Assembly: GCA_035623095.1 (NCBI GenBank)
Contig: DASPUD010000110.1
Location: 18,353 to 82,352, forward strand
Length of the DNA stretch: 64,000 nt
Direction: 5' to 3'
Source of the DNA: Pseudolabrys sp.
GTDB lineage: Bacteria > Pseudomonadota > Alphaproteobacteria > Rhizobiales > Xanthobacteraceae
Position numbers and translations under genes: made by a program. Numbering within the stretch: position 1 is the first letter of the stretch; every line of letters begins with the position of its first letter. This document shows positions 18,758 to 28,892 of this stretch, piece by piece. Under the pieces are notes generated by a model that did not search any database, was not told where the DNA came from, and was given only the letters and a program-made list of their open reading frames with translations.

Positions 18758-19456
18758 TTATGCCCGCGCGTACTTCCCGCGGCCGAAAAAGCGATCCTTT
18801 TGGTCGTCGGAAGCTTTGTCGCGGATCGATTTGAGCGTACCGACCTGCGCAAGCGCGCGCTTCACCGCATCACGTGCCATGATTTTATCGGCCCATTTCT
18901 TTACCACCGGATATTTGCCGGGGTCGATCGCGAGTAACTCAAAATTGCGCAGCCAGGGCCAGGCTGCGATGTCGGCGATTGTGTAGTCGTTGCCTGCAAC
19001 GTAGGGCCGCGTTGCCAGACGTTCCTCGTAGAGATCGAACAATTTGAGAATTTGCGTGCGATAGCGGCTGGCGGCGTAGTCATTACCGCCGCCGGCAAAT
19101 TTACTGAAATGCACGTGCTGGCCGCCCATTGGCCCCACATTGGCGACCTGAACGAAGACCCATTGCAGCGTATCGTAGCGTGCGCCCGGTTCGTGAGGGA
19201 TGAACTTGCCGGTTTTCTCGGCGAGATAGATCAGGATCGCGCCCGACTCGATCACGGTGTACGGCTTGCCGCCGGGCCCGTCGCTGTCGACGATCGCGGG
19301 CACCTTGAGCAGCGGATTGACCTTGCCGAATTGCGGCGTGAACTGTTCGCCGGCCCATACATCCACCGGCTTGATATTGTAGGGCAGCCCACATTCCTCG
19401 AGCATGATGAAGATCTTCTGCACGTTCGGGCTGGTCAGCGCGTAAAGGTCGATCAT
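18758..19456 (-). CDS. Glutathione S-transferase (YfcG/YghU-like)
   Basis: TSPNVQK, NP..KVPAI, ESGAILIYLAEK, YTIADIA.WPW. Confidence 0.93.
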   Translation of the reverse strand: MIDLYALTSPNVQKIFIMLEECGLPYNIKPVDVWAGEQFTPQFGKVNPLLKVPAIVDSDGPGGKPYTVIESGAILIYLAEKTGKFIPHEPGARYDTLQWVFVQVANVGPMGGQHVHFSKFAGGGNDYAASRYRTQILKLFDLYEERLATRPYVAGNDYTIADIAAWPWLRNFELLAIDPGKYPVVKKWADKIMARDAVKRALAQVGTLKSIRDKASDDQKDRFFGRGKYARA

Positions 19457-19536
19457 GGAAATTGTCTCGCTTTAAGGGGCCGCGGACTGCGGCCGCTCTC
19501 TATAGACGAACGCAGACCGGTTTGTCTCGTGGCGGT

Positions 19537-19749
19537 CTATTGGCTTCGCTCGGCCGCGCGCCTGCTGTCGGCAAGCGCAGCCGCCGCTTTGCGCAAGCAT
19601 GACTGGCACAAGCAGTCCTCTAGCCAGGCTTTGGTCATGGGCAATCGGTAGGGTTCGGCCGCGCACCAGCAATCGGCCGACAAGCCGCATTCGAACGCCG
19701 CGCCGCTGCGGGCGCAAGCGATCCTGCGAGGAGAGGTCTGGGCAGTCAT
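19537..19749 (-). CDS. Cysteine-rich CWC family protein
   Basis: FECG...DCWC.....L.....DCLCQSCL. Confidence 0.75.
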   Translation of the reverse strand: MTAQTSPRRIACARSGAAFECGLSADCWCAAEPYRLPMTKAWLEDCLCQSCLRKAAAALADSRRAAERSQ

Positions 19750-19810
19750 AGCAGCGAGCCTAAAACAGGGTTGTCATATGAAATAGGCGAATCGGTCGTA
19801 TGGCAAAGGC

Positions 19811-20074
19811 ATGACATTTCCTTGGGCCATCGACATCGTTGGCGCTACCGGCGCCGTTCTCACCACTTTGTGCTGGCTGCCGCAGGCGCTCAAGGTGATC
19901 CGCGAAAAAGAGACCCGCGCGCTGTCTTTGCCGGCCACCGCGGCTTTTACGGGCGGTGTTGTACTCTGGCTGATCTACGGGCTCGCGATCGAAGACTGGC
20001 CGCTGATCGGCTCAAATGCGGTGACGCTCACCTTGATGATGCCCATTCTCTCGCTGAAGCTGCGTTACGGATGA
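19811..20074 (+). CDS. SemiSWEET / PQ-loop family transporter
   Basis: 87 aa, 3 TMs, LTT.CWLPQALK, LWLIYG, PLIGSN. Confidence 0.9.
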   Translation: MTFPWAIDIVGATGAVLTTLCWLPQALKVIREKETRALSLPATAAFTGGVVLWLIYGLAIEDWPLIGSNAVTLTLMMPILSLKLRYG

Positions 20075-20122
20075 TCCGTCCCGAGAAATCTGTTACGTTT
20101 TTTCAGCGGGGGGCGAGTCATC

Positions 20123-21433
20123 ATGGGGTTCAACCGTTCTCAATTATTCAAAGCATTAATAGTGGTTTTTTGCTTTGTAGCCATTGTTTCGCTTGCGCTG
20201 ATTTATTTCATTCCGGCACCGCCATCGAAGGTTGTAATGGCGACGGCATTCAAGGGTGCTTCATTCGACTACTACGGTCGGCAATATCGGGAAATATTCG
20301 CGCGCTCCAATATCGAGCTTGAGCTACGCGAGACCGCCGGGGCGGTGGAAAATGTCAAGCTTCTGCAGGATCCGAACTCAGGCATTCAGGTCACCTTTAC
20401 GACAGGGGGTATCTCCGACGCAAAACATGCCCCCGGCGTGTTGTCGCTGGGTACCGTCTACAATCAACCATTTTGGATTTTTTATACGTCGAAAGAGCCG
20501 ATTGATCGGTTGTCGCAGCTCAAGGGCAAACGCATTGCCGCCGGGCCGGTCGGAAGCGCAACCAGACATACAGCCGAACAAATTCTCGGCAAGGGGGGCG
20601 TAACGCCTGAGACGGCCACGTTTTTGCCTTTCGGCGGAACAGCTGCGGACAAGGCGCTGAATGATGGCACGGTTGATGTCGTCTGGATTATCGGCGTACC
20701 TGAGGCAACCGCTGTTCAATCCTTTTTGCGCAATCCAAAGGTTCGACTCATGAGCTTCCCGATGGCGGAGGCTTTCACTCGCATTTTTCCCGGCGTAGCA
20801 AAAATGGTGTTGCCGCAAGGCGTGATCGATATTGATCGGGTCATTCCGCCAAATGATGTGCCGCTTATCGGGACGACGTCGAAGATTCTCATACGCGGTG
20901 ACCTGCATCCGGAAATTGTCCAGCTCCTGTTGCAGACTATGAAAGAGGTCCATGAAGGGGCCGATATTTTTCATGGCAGCGGTGAGTTTCCTAACGCCAC
21001 CGACACGGAGTATCCGGTTGCCCAGACTGCTATCGATTTTTATAAAAACGGTCCTTCGTTCATGCAGAGGCACCTGCCTTTGTGGTTATCGGTGCACGTG
21101 CAAAGGGCGATTGCAGTTGTTGTAACCGGCCTTGCTATCGGTTTCCCGTTATTCCGCTTCTTGCCGCAGCTCTACAACTGGGTCACGCGCCGGCGTCTGT
21201 TCTATTGGTACGGCCAGCTCAAGGCCTTGGAGGCGTCGTTCGATGTCAATCCGAACGACAAGCACTTAAGCGAGAAGCAAGCCGAAATTGATCGCATCGA
21301 GGACGCGGTCAGCCGTATCCGCTTTCCGCTGACGTTCTCGGATCAGCTTTACAATCTGCGCAGTCATATCGACATTGTTCGGCGTAAGATCGCCGCCCGC
21401 GCGCAGTCCGCCGGACGAGTGCCGGCTGAGTAG
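20123..21433 (+). CDS. TAXI-family TRAP solute-binding protein with C-terminal membrane/helical extension
   Basis: ETAGAVEN..LL, LKGKRIAAGPVGS, RGDLHP, G.SFMQRHLPLW, LYNLRSHID. Confidence 0.85.
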   Translation: MGFNRSQLFKALIVVFCFVAIVSLALIYFIPAPPSKVVMATAFKGASFDYYGRQYREIFARSNIELELRETAGAVENVKLLQDPNSGIQVTFTTGGISDAKHAPGVLSLGTVYNQPFWIFYTSKEPIDRLSQLKGKRIAAGPVGSATRHTAEQILGKGGVTPETATFLPFGGTAADKALNDGTVDVVWIIGVPEATAVQSFLRNPKVRLMSFPMAEAFTRIFPGVAKMVLPQGVIDIDRVIPPNDVPLIGTTSKILIRGDLHPEIVQLLLQTMKEVHEGADIFHGSGEFPNATDTEYPVAQTAIDFYKNGPSFMQRHLPLWLSVHVQRAIAVVVTGLAIGFPLFRFLPQLYNWVTRRRLFYWYGQLKALEASFDVNPNDKHLSEKQAEIDRIEDAVSRIRFPLTFSDQLYNLRSHIDIVRRKIAARAQSAGRVPAE

Positions 21434-21445
21434 CCGTAGGTCGTG

Positions 21446-22219
21446 CTATTGCGCGTCCCCGCCGCCGATGTAGCCGCCGATCTTCCAGCCGCTGGCGTCC
21501 TTGACATAGCAGATCTGATCGCTGCCGATTGGTGCGATTGAATCGACCGACACAAAACCGCTCTTTCCCGCTGGCGTCACGATGCGCAGGAATGATGGAA
21601 CGTTGGGCCCGCCCTCCGGCGTGATGCGCACAAAAGCCAGTCCGAGCTTGTCCACCACCGGTGCATTGGCCTGCGGCGCCGAGCGAACGTCGACATCGGG
21701 TGACACTGGATAACCCCAATCGCTGACGTCGGTCGACGTTGCCTTGAGCAGATCGTTGAATGCCTTGCCGTCGAAAGCGGGGTCAGCGGGTGCACACATT
21801 GCGCCTTTGTGTTGGGGTGAGGGCGAGCCCGTGGGATCGTCGGCAAAGCTTGCCAGCATGTCCCAGCCGGCGCCGTCTTTGTTGTTCAGCCCAAGGGCCG
21901 CCGCCAAATTTTCGGCGCCGGATTTGCGCTTGTCGGCTCGGTCGCCGTTTTCCCGATCCCAGAAAAAGCCCTGGCCGACGACAAGCTTTGCCAGCGCGGC
22001 GCGGTCCTTGCGTTGCGCCGCCTCGCCGATCTGCTTGAGCAGAGCCGAGAAGGTCGGATCGTTGACCGGTTGCGGTGGCGAAACTGCGACGGTCTTGTAA
22101 GGTGCGGCGGACGGCGGCTGAGGTGACGTTTGGCCGCGTGGCGGGTTTTGCGCGATTGCCTCGGTTACGCCGGCTGTGAGCAGGACGGCGAGAACAAAGG
22201 TCAGGCGAATGGTGCCCAT
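21446..22219 (-). CDS. Periplasmic hypothetical protein with a possible SH3b-like C-terminal part
   Basis: Signal peptide MGTIRLTFVLAVLLTAGVTEAIA; Pro-rich linker; VDVRSAP..NAPVV.KL; RBS GGGAG. Confidence 0.75.
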   Translation of the reverse strand: MGTIRLTFVLAVLLTAGVTEAIAQNPPRGQTSPQPPSAAPYKTVAVSPPQPVNDPTFSALLKQIGEAAQRKDRAALAKLVVGQGFFWDRENGDRADKRKSGAENLAAALGLNNKDGAGWDMLASFADDPTGSPSPQHKGAMCAPADPAFDGKAFNDLLKATSTDVSDWGYPVSPDVDVRSAPQANAPVVDKLGLAFVRITPEGGPNVPSFLRIVTPAGKSGFVSVDSIAPIGSDQICYVKDASGWKIGGYIGGGDAQ

Positions 22220-22331
22220 CGTATCGCTCCCGGTGCGAGCGTTGGGCCGCATACAGGCGCTGCCCGTGACCGAGGCGAAACTAGCACAGGTTCCCTGCCG
22301 CGTGACCGGAAAGGCCAAAGCAGTTAATGGC

Positions 22332-22379
22332 AAAAAAATCTGCGGTCCCGAAGAGCAGGGTCAGCCGACGGGACCGCAG
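22332..22379 (-). terminator. Intrinsic terminator on the minus strand (possible sRNA 3' end)
   Basis: 11-bp stem CTGCGGTCCCG/CGGGACCGCAG, 18-nt loop, A7 at 22332-22338 (T7 on the minus strand). Confidence 0.55.
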
Positions 22380-22538
22380 GATGGGGCTACGCAATACGCA
22401 ACGAAGACGGAACCATCGAGTTGGTAGCGCAAGGTCATGACGCGCCGGTGACATAGCCGGAATGTTGTGTGCCTTTCGGCCGCTGGAACCAGTAACCCCC
22501 AACCACCGCAGCATTTGCCTGTAAGAAAAGGAGATTTC

Positions 22539-22891
22539 ATGTTCGTGCTGTCGCCTTACGTCCTGCCCATCCTGCTGTTGCTCGGGTCCAATGTCTTCAT
22601 GACGGCGGCCTGGTATTGGCACCTGCGCTTCAAGGACGTGTCGCTCGTTCACGTAATTCTTATCAGTTGGGGCCTCGCATTTATCGAATATTGCCTCGCG
22701 GTTCCGGCCAATCGGTACGGCAACGCCGTCTACAATCCCCCGCACAGTTGAAAACCATCCAGGAGGTGATCACCTTCATCGTGTTTGCCGGATTCTCACA
22801 GGTCTATTTGTGCGAGCCGATCACGGTGAGCCAGGGCTTCGGGTTCACATTGATCGCCGCCGGAGCATTTTTCGTTTTTCACAAGTGGTGA
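22539..22891 (+). pseudogene. DMT-superfamily (DUF486-like) small membrane protein interrupted by a frameshift
   Basis: Frame 1: MFVLSPY...SNVFMTAAWYWHL...SWGLAFIEYCLAVPANRYG..VYNPPHS*. Another frame continues AQLKTIQEVIT...AFFVFHKW*. The break lies in the C5 run 22737-22741; RBS AAGGAG. Confidence 0.8.
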
Positions 22892-22892
22892 G

Positions 22893-24035
22893 CTATTTGG
22901 CGGGGACGACGCGCAGGATTCGCCCGGATGAATTGTCGGTAAGCAAATAAAGCGCGCCGTCGGGACCCTGCCGCACATCGCGGATACGTTCCTGCAAGTC
23001 CTGCAGTAACCGTTCTTCCTTCACGACCTTGTCGCCGTTGAGTTCGAGCCGCACAAGCATGCGGAATTTCAGAGCACCGTTGAACAGGCTGCCCTTCCAC
23101 ACTGGAAAAAGGTCACCCGTATAAAATGCCATCCCTGATGGTGCGATCGATGGTGTCCAGTGCCATACCGGATCGTCGACGCCATCCATCTTTGCCTTGC
23201 CGGTGCCGACAGGCGTGCCGCTGTAGTTCACGCCATAGGACACCAGTGGCCAACCGTAATTGTGGCCTGGCACGATAAGATTGATCTCGTCGCCGCCCAT
23301 AGGCCCATGTTCCTGCTCCCACAATTTGCCATCCGCCGGATTGAAGGCGAGGCCCTGCGGGTTGCGGTGGCCATACGACCAGATTTCCGGACGTGCATTC
23401 GGCTTGTTGGTGAATGGATTGCCGGCCACCGGAGCTCCGTCCGGTGTGATGTGAACGATTTTGCCGAGATCGGTATCGAGGGTCTGTGCCTTGTCACGGT
23501 CGGTGAAATGCTCGCCGTTGGTGACGAACAGATTGCCGTCCTTCTCCTGCACAATGCGGCTGCCGAAATGATGCCCATGCGACGGAGGTCCGTACTGTCG
23601 GTAGATGACCTTTACTTCGGCAAGACGCGGCATCTCGCCATCATCGAGCCGGGCACGAGCGAGCGCTGTGCGTCCGCCGCCCTCGAAGGGCTCGGCATAG
23701 GAAAAATAGATGATCTGATTCTGCGCGTAGTTGCGGTCGAGGATCACGTCCAGCAACCCGGCTTGGGTGACGGCGAATACTTTTGGCACGTTGCCGAGCG
23801 GCGGTGACAGCCGGCCATTGCGGGCAACAATACGCATGCGTCCCGGACGCTCGGTCACCAACATGCGGCCATCAGGTAAAAAAGCAAGCGACCACGGATG
23901 CATCAGACCGCCTGCGACGGTCTCGACTTTGAGATTGCCAGCTGAGCTTGGAAACGTCGGGTCCGCTGCCTGCGCCAGCCCGGTCACGGAAAGGGCGGCG
24001 GCCAGGGCCAGACTCAAGCGCATGCGGTTCTCCAT
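22893..24035 (-). CDS. PQQ-dependent sugar dehydrogenase (GSDH / YliI-like)
   Basis: Signal peptide; PWSLAFLPDG.MLVTER.G, HFGSR, WSYGHRNPQG, EHGPMGGDEIN, SIAPSG. Start at 24035 or 24023. Confidence 0.93.
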   Translation of the reverse strand: MENRMRLSLALAAALSVTGLAQAADPTFPSSAGNLKVETVAGGLMHPWSLAFLPDGRMLVTERPGRMRIVARNGRLSPPLGNVPKVFAVTQAGLLDVILDRNYAQNQIIYFSYAEPFEGGGRTALARARLDDGEMPRLAEVKVIYRQYGPPSHGHHFGSRIVQEKDGNLFVTNGEHFTDRDKAQTLDTDLGKIVHITPDGAPVAGNPFTNKPNARPEIWSYGHRNPQGLAFNPADGKLWEQEHGPMGGDEINLIVPGHNYGWPLVSYGVNYSGTPVGTGKAKMDGVDDPVWHWTPSIAPSGMAFYTGDLFPVWKGSLFNGALKFRMLVRLELNGDKVVKEERLLQDLQERIRDVRQGPDGALYLLTDNSSGRILRVVPAK

Positions 24036-24086
24036 TGATGTGCGCGCCAAGTGTGCGCCATCGATGGGAATTTCGATAGGCTCTCT

Positions 24087-24386
24087 CTAGCTGTGGGTCT
24101 TTTTGTGCCGGTTGTGCGGCATCGATAGAACGGTCAGTCCGCCCATGCCGATGAACAGCAGACCGAGCACCAGGGCGATGGCAAACAAACCGCTTTCATT
24201 GTCGATGACATTACTCGCGACATCGGCATGCGCGATCCCTATGGAGACGACAGTAGCCGCCACAACGGTGGAAATCGCCAAAGCCATGCTTGCGACCAAT
24301 TCGGCAAGCGCCGCCGTTTGCTGCTCAGTGCCGAGTTTGCGGTGGGCGGGAGGCATAAAGCCGGTCGATCGAATGGTATTGCGCAT
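24087..24386 (-). CDS. Small hypothetical membrane protein
   Basis: Two hydrophobic segments (ELVASMALAISTVVAATVVSIGIAHA; LFAIALVLGLLFIGMGGLT). Confidence 0.65.
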   Translation of the reverse strand: MRNTIRSTGFMPPAHRKLGTEQQTAALAELVASMALAISTVVAATVVSIGIAHADVASNVIDNESGLFAIALVLGLLFIGMGGLTVLSMPHNRHKKTHS

Positions 24387-24528
24387 GACAAACCTGAAAA
24401 GGGCCGTTTCGCCAATGGTGTCTGGATAACGCGGGAACTCGGCAACGGTTCGACCCGATTGGGGCAAGGCCGTTGACGAAGCGCGGCGTTTTCGTGGCGT
24501 CGGATAAAAAAGTCTCGGAATTTCAGCG

Positions 24529-25158
24529 CTACTGTGCGGCGACCAGCTCCGGTTGCCAATCCATGGCGATGTATCCGGGCTCCTCGGTTACGCGGTTAAG
24601 CCAGGCACGGATTGCCGGGAAGCGGCTCAGGTCGAAATCGCACTGGTCGGCGACATGGGTGTAGGCATAAAGCGCGATATCGGCAATTGTGAAGTGACCC
24701 GCGACGAAATAACGGTGCGTGGCGAGATGCGTCTCCATCACGCCGAGGGCGCGATATCCGTTTTCCATCCAGTCTTCGAGTGCATGGCTCTGCAACTCGC
24801 GCCCGCCCTTGATCAGCGCGAGCCAGAAATAAGCGGCGCCGATATTGGGCTCCAAACTGTGCTGCTCGAAAAACATCCATTGCAATGCTTCGGCGCGAGA
24901 AATGCGATCTTCGGGAGCTAGCATGGAGCCGCCGGCGACGTACCACAGAATGGCATTGGATTCGGCGAGATGGCGATCGGGCGCGACTTCGAGCAGCGGA
25001 ACCTGGCCGTTGGGATTCTTTCCGAGAAACTCAGGAGTCCGGCTTTCGCCCTTGAGGATGTCGACTTCGACGAGCTTGTAGGGAATACCGAGTCGAGCCA
25101 GCGCAAGGCGGACCTTGTAGCTGTTCCCCGAACGCTGCATGGAATAGAGCGTGTACAT
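24529..25158 (-). CDS. Glutathione S-transferase family protein
   Basis: SGNSYKVRL, NPNGQVP, AESNAIL, FTIADIALYAYTH. Confidence 0.93.
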   Translation of the reverse strand: MYTLYSMQRSGNSYKVRLALARLGIPYKLVEVDILKGESRTPEFLGKNPNGQVPLLEVAPDRHLAESNAILWYVAGGSMLAPEDRISRAEALQWMFFEQHSLEPNIGAAYFWLALIKGGRELQSHALEDWMENGYRALGVMETHLATHRYFVAGHFTIADIALYAYTHVADQCDFDLSRFPAIRAWLNRVTEEPGYIAMDWQPELVAAQ

Positions 25159-25373
25159 TCAGAATCCGATCCGTTGCGCGTGGTCTTGTGACCCTCGAAT
25201 TGATGCAAGGCATACTGTTTCGGGATCTTACGCTACCCCCGAAGTACACATGAATACGACGTGAAAAGTTCGGCAATTAAATGGCCGCCCAGCGAAGCTA
25301 TTTAGGAAAATTAAAATGTATTCGCTGCAGTGCAGCGAGCGATTGCACTGCGGCGTACGCCAAACACGGAATT

Positions 25374-26192
25374 CTATTCCGCCGCTACTTTGTGCGCGCG
25401 CGCGTACTCGATCAACGAATCGTCATCGGTCATCTGGATCGGCGCGAAATCGCGATGCGCAATCCATTCCGGCCGCGTGAACTTGGTGATGTGGTTGGAG
25501 ACGGCACATAACGTCAAGTAGACGATCTTGCGTGGGTAAGGCGTTATGTTCGGCGGCGAAGCATGCACCAGATTGCCGTGGAACATGAGGACCGAGCCCG
25601 GCTTGCCCGTTGGTGCGACGATGCCGACCCCGTCGGGGCCGGCCGCCTCGGCAGCAAGTCTTGTCACGGTATCCTTGTCGAGCGTCCATAGCGGATAAGA
25701 TGTGGTGAGCTTGTCGTGGCCGGCGGAAAGCACACCTTGCTTGTGGCTCTTTGGGATTAACAACAGCGGCCCGTTGATCGGCATCACTTCGTCAAGAAAA
25801 ACCGCGATGTTCATGGCGCGCGCTTCTGGCATGCCATCGTCGCGCGCCCACGTGCCATAGTCCTGATGCCATTGCCAAACGTCGCCCTCGAACGCCGCCT
25901 TGGCGTTGAGTTTGAACTGATGGACATAGACACCTTCGCCGAACAATTGCTGCAGGGGTTCGACAAGTCGCGGATGCCGTGCCAGCAGGCCGAATACTTC
26001 GCTGAACGTATGGGCTGCGAAGGCGGTCCGCGGCGCACCCGTTTTCTCTCGCCAGACCTCCTGGCGGTCGAGTTTCAGAATATTGTCGGCTTCTGCGCGC
26101 AGCAGCACGATCTCATCTTCAGAAAAGCAATTAGGAAAGAAGACGTAGCCCTGTTCGTCGAAAGCCTTGAGCTGTTCGGCGGAAAGCTTCAT
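25374..26192 (-). CDS. PhyH-family 2-oxoglutarate/Fe(II) dioxygenase (proline/ectoine hydroxylase-like)
   Basis: WHQD...HAS facial triad, NGPL, PKSH. Confidence 0.9.
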   Translation of the reverse strand: MKLSAEQLKAFDEQGYVFFPNCFSEDEIVLLRAEADNILKLDRQEVWREKTGAPRTAFAAHTFSEVFGLLARHPRLVEPLQQLFGEGVYVHQFKLNAKAAFEGDVWQWHQDYGTWARDDGMPEARAMNIAVFLDEVMPINGPLLLIPKSHKQGVLSAGHDKLTTSYPLWTLDKDTVTRLAAEAAGPDGVGIVAPTGKPGSVLMFHGNLVHASPPNITPYPRKIVYLTLCAVSNHITKFTRPEWIAHRDFAPIQMTDDDSLIEYARAHKVAAE

Positions 26193-26266
26193 GGCGTTCT
26201 CCCGGATGAAATGGTACGGCCGCCAACCGGCTCTTGGCCTTATTGTAACCGCATGCGGGCGAAAAG

Positions 26267-27235
26267 CTACGGGGAGCGAGAGGCGATATGCGCTGCGGTA
26301 GGGGCTAGATCAGAAAGCGCCGCCGCGTCCGGCACTTCAGTCATGCGTGCAACGAGCACGCGCGCGGCGACAATACACAGGATGGCGATGACAATTCCGG
26401 CCAACACGTCGACCAGGTAGTGCGAGCCATCAATCGGCGTCGCAGCCAGCATAATCGAATTAGCAGCCGCGCACAGCCAACGCGCTACTGGCACTGGCCA
26501 AAACGCAGCGATCAGAATCACTGCCAACGCCGCGTGCAAACTCGGGAAAGTGATGATCCCTTCCGAGCCCACCGCCATCAATAGTCGGTAGCTACCATCG
26601 CGCAGTCCGAGGAACACAGGCCAGCTGGTATGGCTCACCGGCATTGCGGCAGGGTCCGCCTTCAACCCGTAATGCAGCCACACCCCTTCTGCTGGAAGCA
26701 GCGCCGAAAGACCGATCGTTAGTACGGCCGCAAAAATGAACGCAAGCATATAGACGCGAAGCCACGGCAACCGTCCGGTGAGGCCGAGGAGCAGCACGAC
26801 CGCAGTCATCTGCACCGTCAGGGAAAGATAGATGACACGCATGAATATCAGGAAGCCGGGCCAGCGGTTCATGAGCGCGAGCAGTTCCTTCCAATTGAAC
26901 CCGAGCGCGTGATCCATTGCGTCGAAGAAGGCGTCTTGCAGTGGCAACGGCGTGCTGGCAGCGAGGTAGGAAAGGGGAGCGGCAACCGCGGCGAAGACTA
27001 CCAGCTGTGCGGTCGACTCCAGTGTTGAAGCCAGTTTAAGATCGGTACGATGCACTCTGTAGAAATACGCGCCGAGGAAAAGCGCCAGCGCGGTGCTGGC
27101 GGGGACCGCGTAACTCTTCAAAACGATATGGAAGCCGCCGGCGGCGGAGACGATCAAGACAACCGCGGTGACGGCAGCCACGAGGGCCCAAATGAGGTCG
27201 TCCAGCCGGCGTAATCCCGCAGCGTGCCCGGTCAT
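26267..27235 (-). CDS. PAP2-superfamily (PAP2_3) membrane protein
   Basis: LLPAEG, TFPSLH, GSHYLVDV. Confidence 0.88.
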   Translation of the reverse strand: MTGHAAGLRRLDDLIWALVAAVTAVVLIVSAAGGFHIVLKSYAVPASTALALFLGAYFYRVHRTDLKLASTLESTAQLVVFAAVAAPLSYLAASTPLPLQDAFFDAMDHALGFNWKELLALMNRWPGFLIFMRVIYLSLTVQMTAVVLLLGLTGRLPWLRVYMLAFIFAAVLTIGLSALLPAEGVWLHYGLKADPAAMPVSHTSWPVFLGLRDGSYRLLMAVGSEGIITFPSLHAALAVILIAAFWPVPVARWLCAAANSIMLAATPIDGSHYLVDVLAGIVIAILCIVAARVLVARMTEVPDAAALSDLAPTAAHIASRSP

Positions 27236-27403
27236 GGGTACTCCCTTGCGCGCCCTCTGCCGATGCGAGGAACTAGCATGCGTGCGGTTGCCCGGCGGTT
27301 AATCACACTGATTCAAGCGTCGGAACGCGCGGATTCCGCCCGTTCAGGACGTACTCCGACCGATCGTCACAACCGATCAAACCCATCGAATTTCTTTAAC
27401 TGA

Positions 27404-28684
<1,281 letters not shown>

Positions 28685-28693
28685 CGCGCTAGC

Positions 28694-28830
28694 GTCATTC
28701 CGGGGCGCCGCCAAGGTCCGCGCGAAGCGCGGCCCGATGACAGGCTCCGCGGCGAACCCGGAATCCAAGTGGACTGACCGATCATCGATCTGGATTCCAG
28801 GTCCGGCTCTTTGAGCCGTCCCGGAATGAC
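28694..28830. repeat. Rhizobial REP/RIME-like palindromic element with an internal insert
   Basis: GTCATTCCGGG...GAACCCGGAATCC...TGGATTCC...CCCGGAATGAC terminal inverted repeats. Confidence 0.8.
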
Positions 28831-28892
28831 TGAAAAGAGCCTCCTTTTTCTCTATTCACCTTCCGTTATGATCACTCTCGTAGGCTGCGGTC

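Noticed and set aside
22380-22538. Guanidine riboswitch upstream of the DMT gene
   Set aside because: I could not find paired ACGR-loop hairpins or other guanidine riboswitch consensus; an Rfam scan would settle it
25374-26192. ectD (ectoine hydroxylase)
   Set aside because: The signature reads WQWHQDYGTW rather than FxWHSDFETW, and no ectABC genes are nearby
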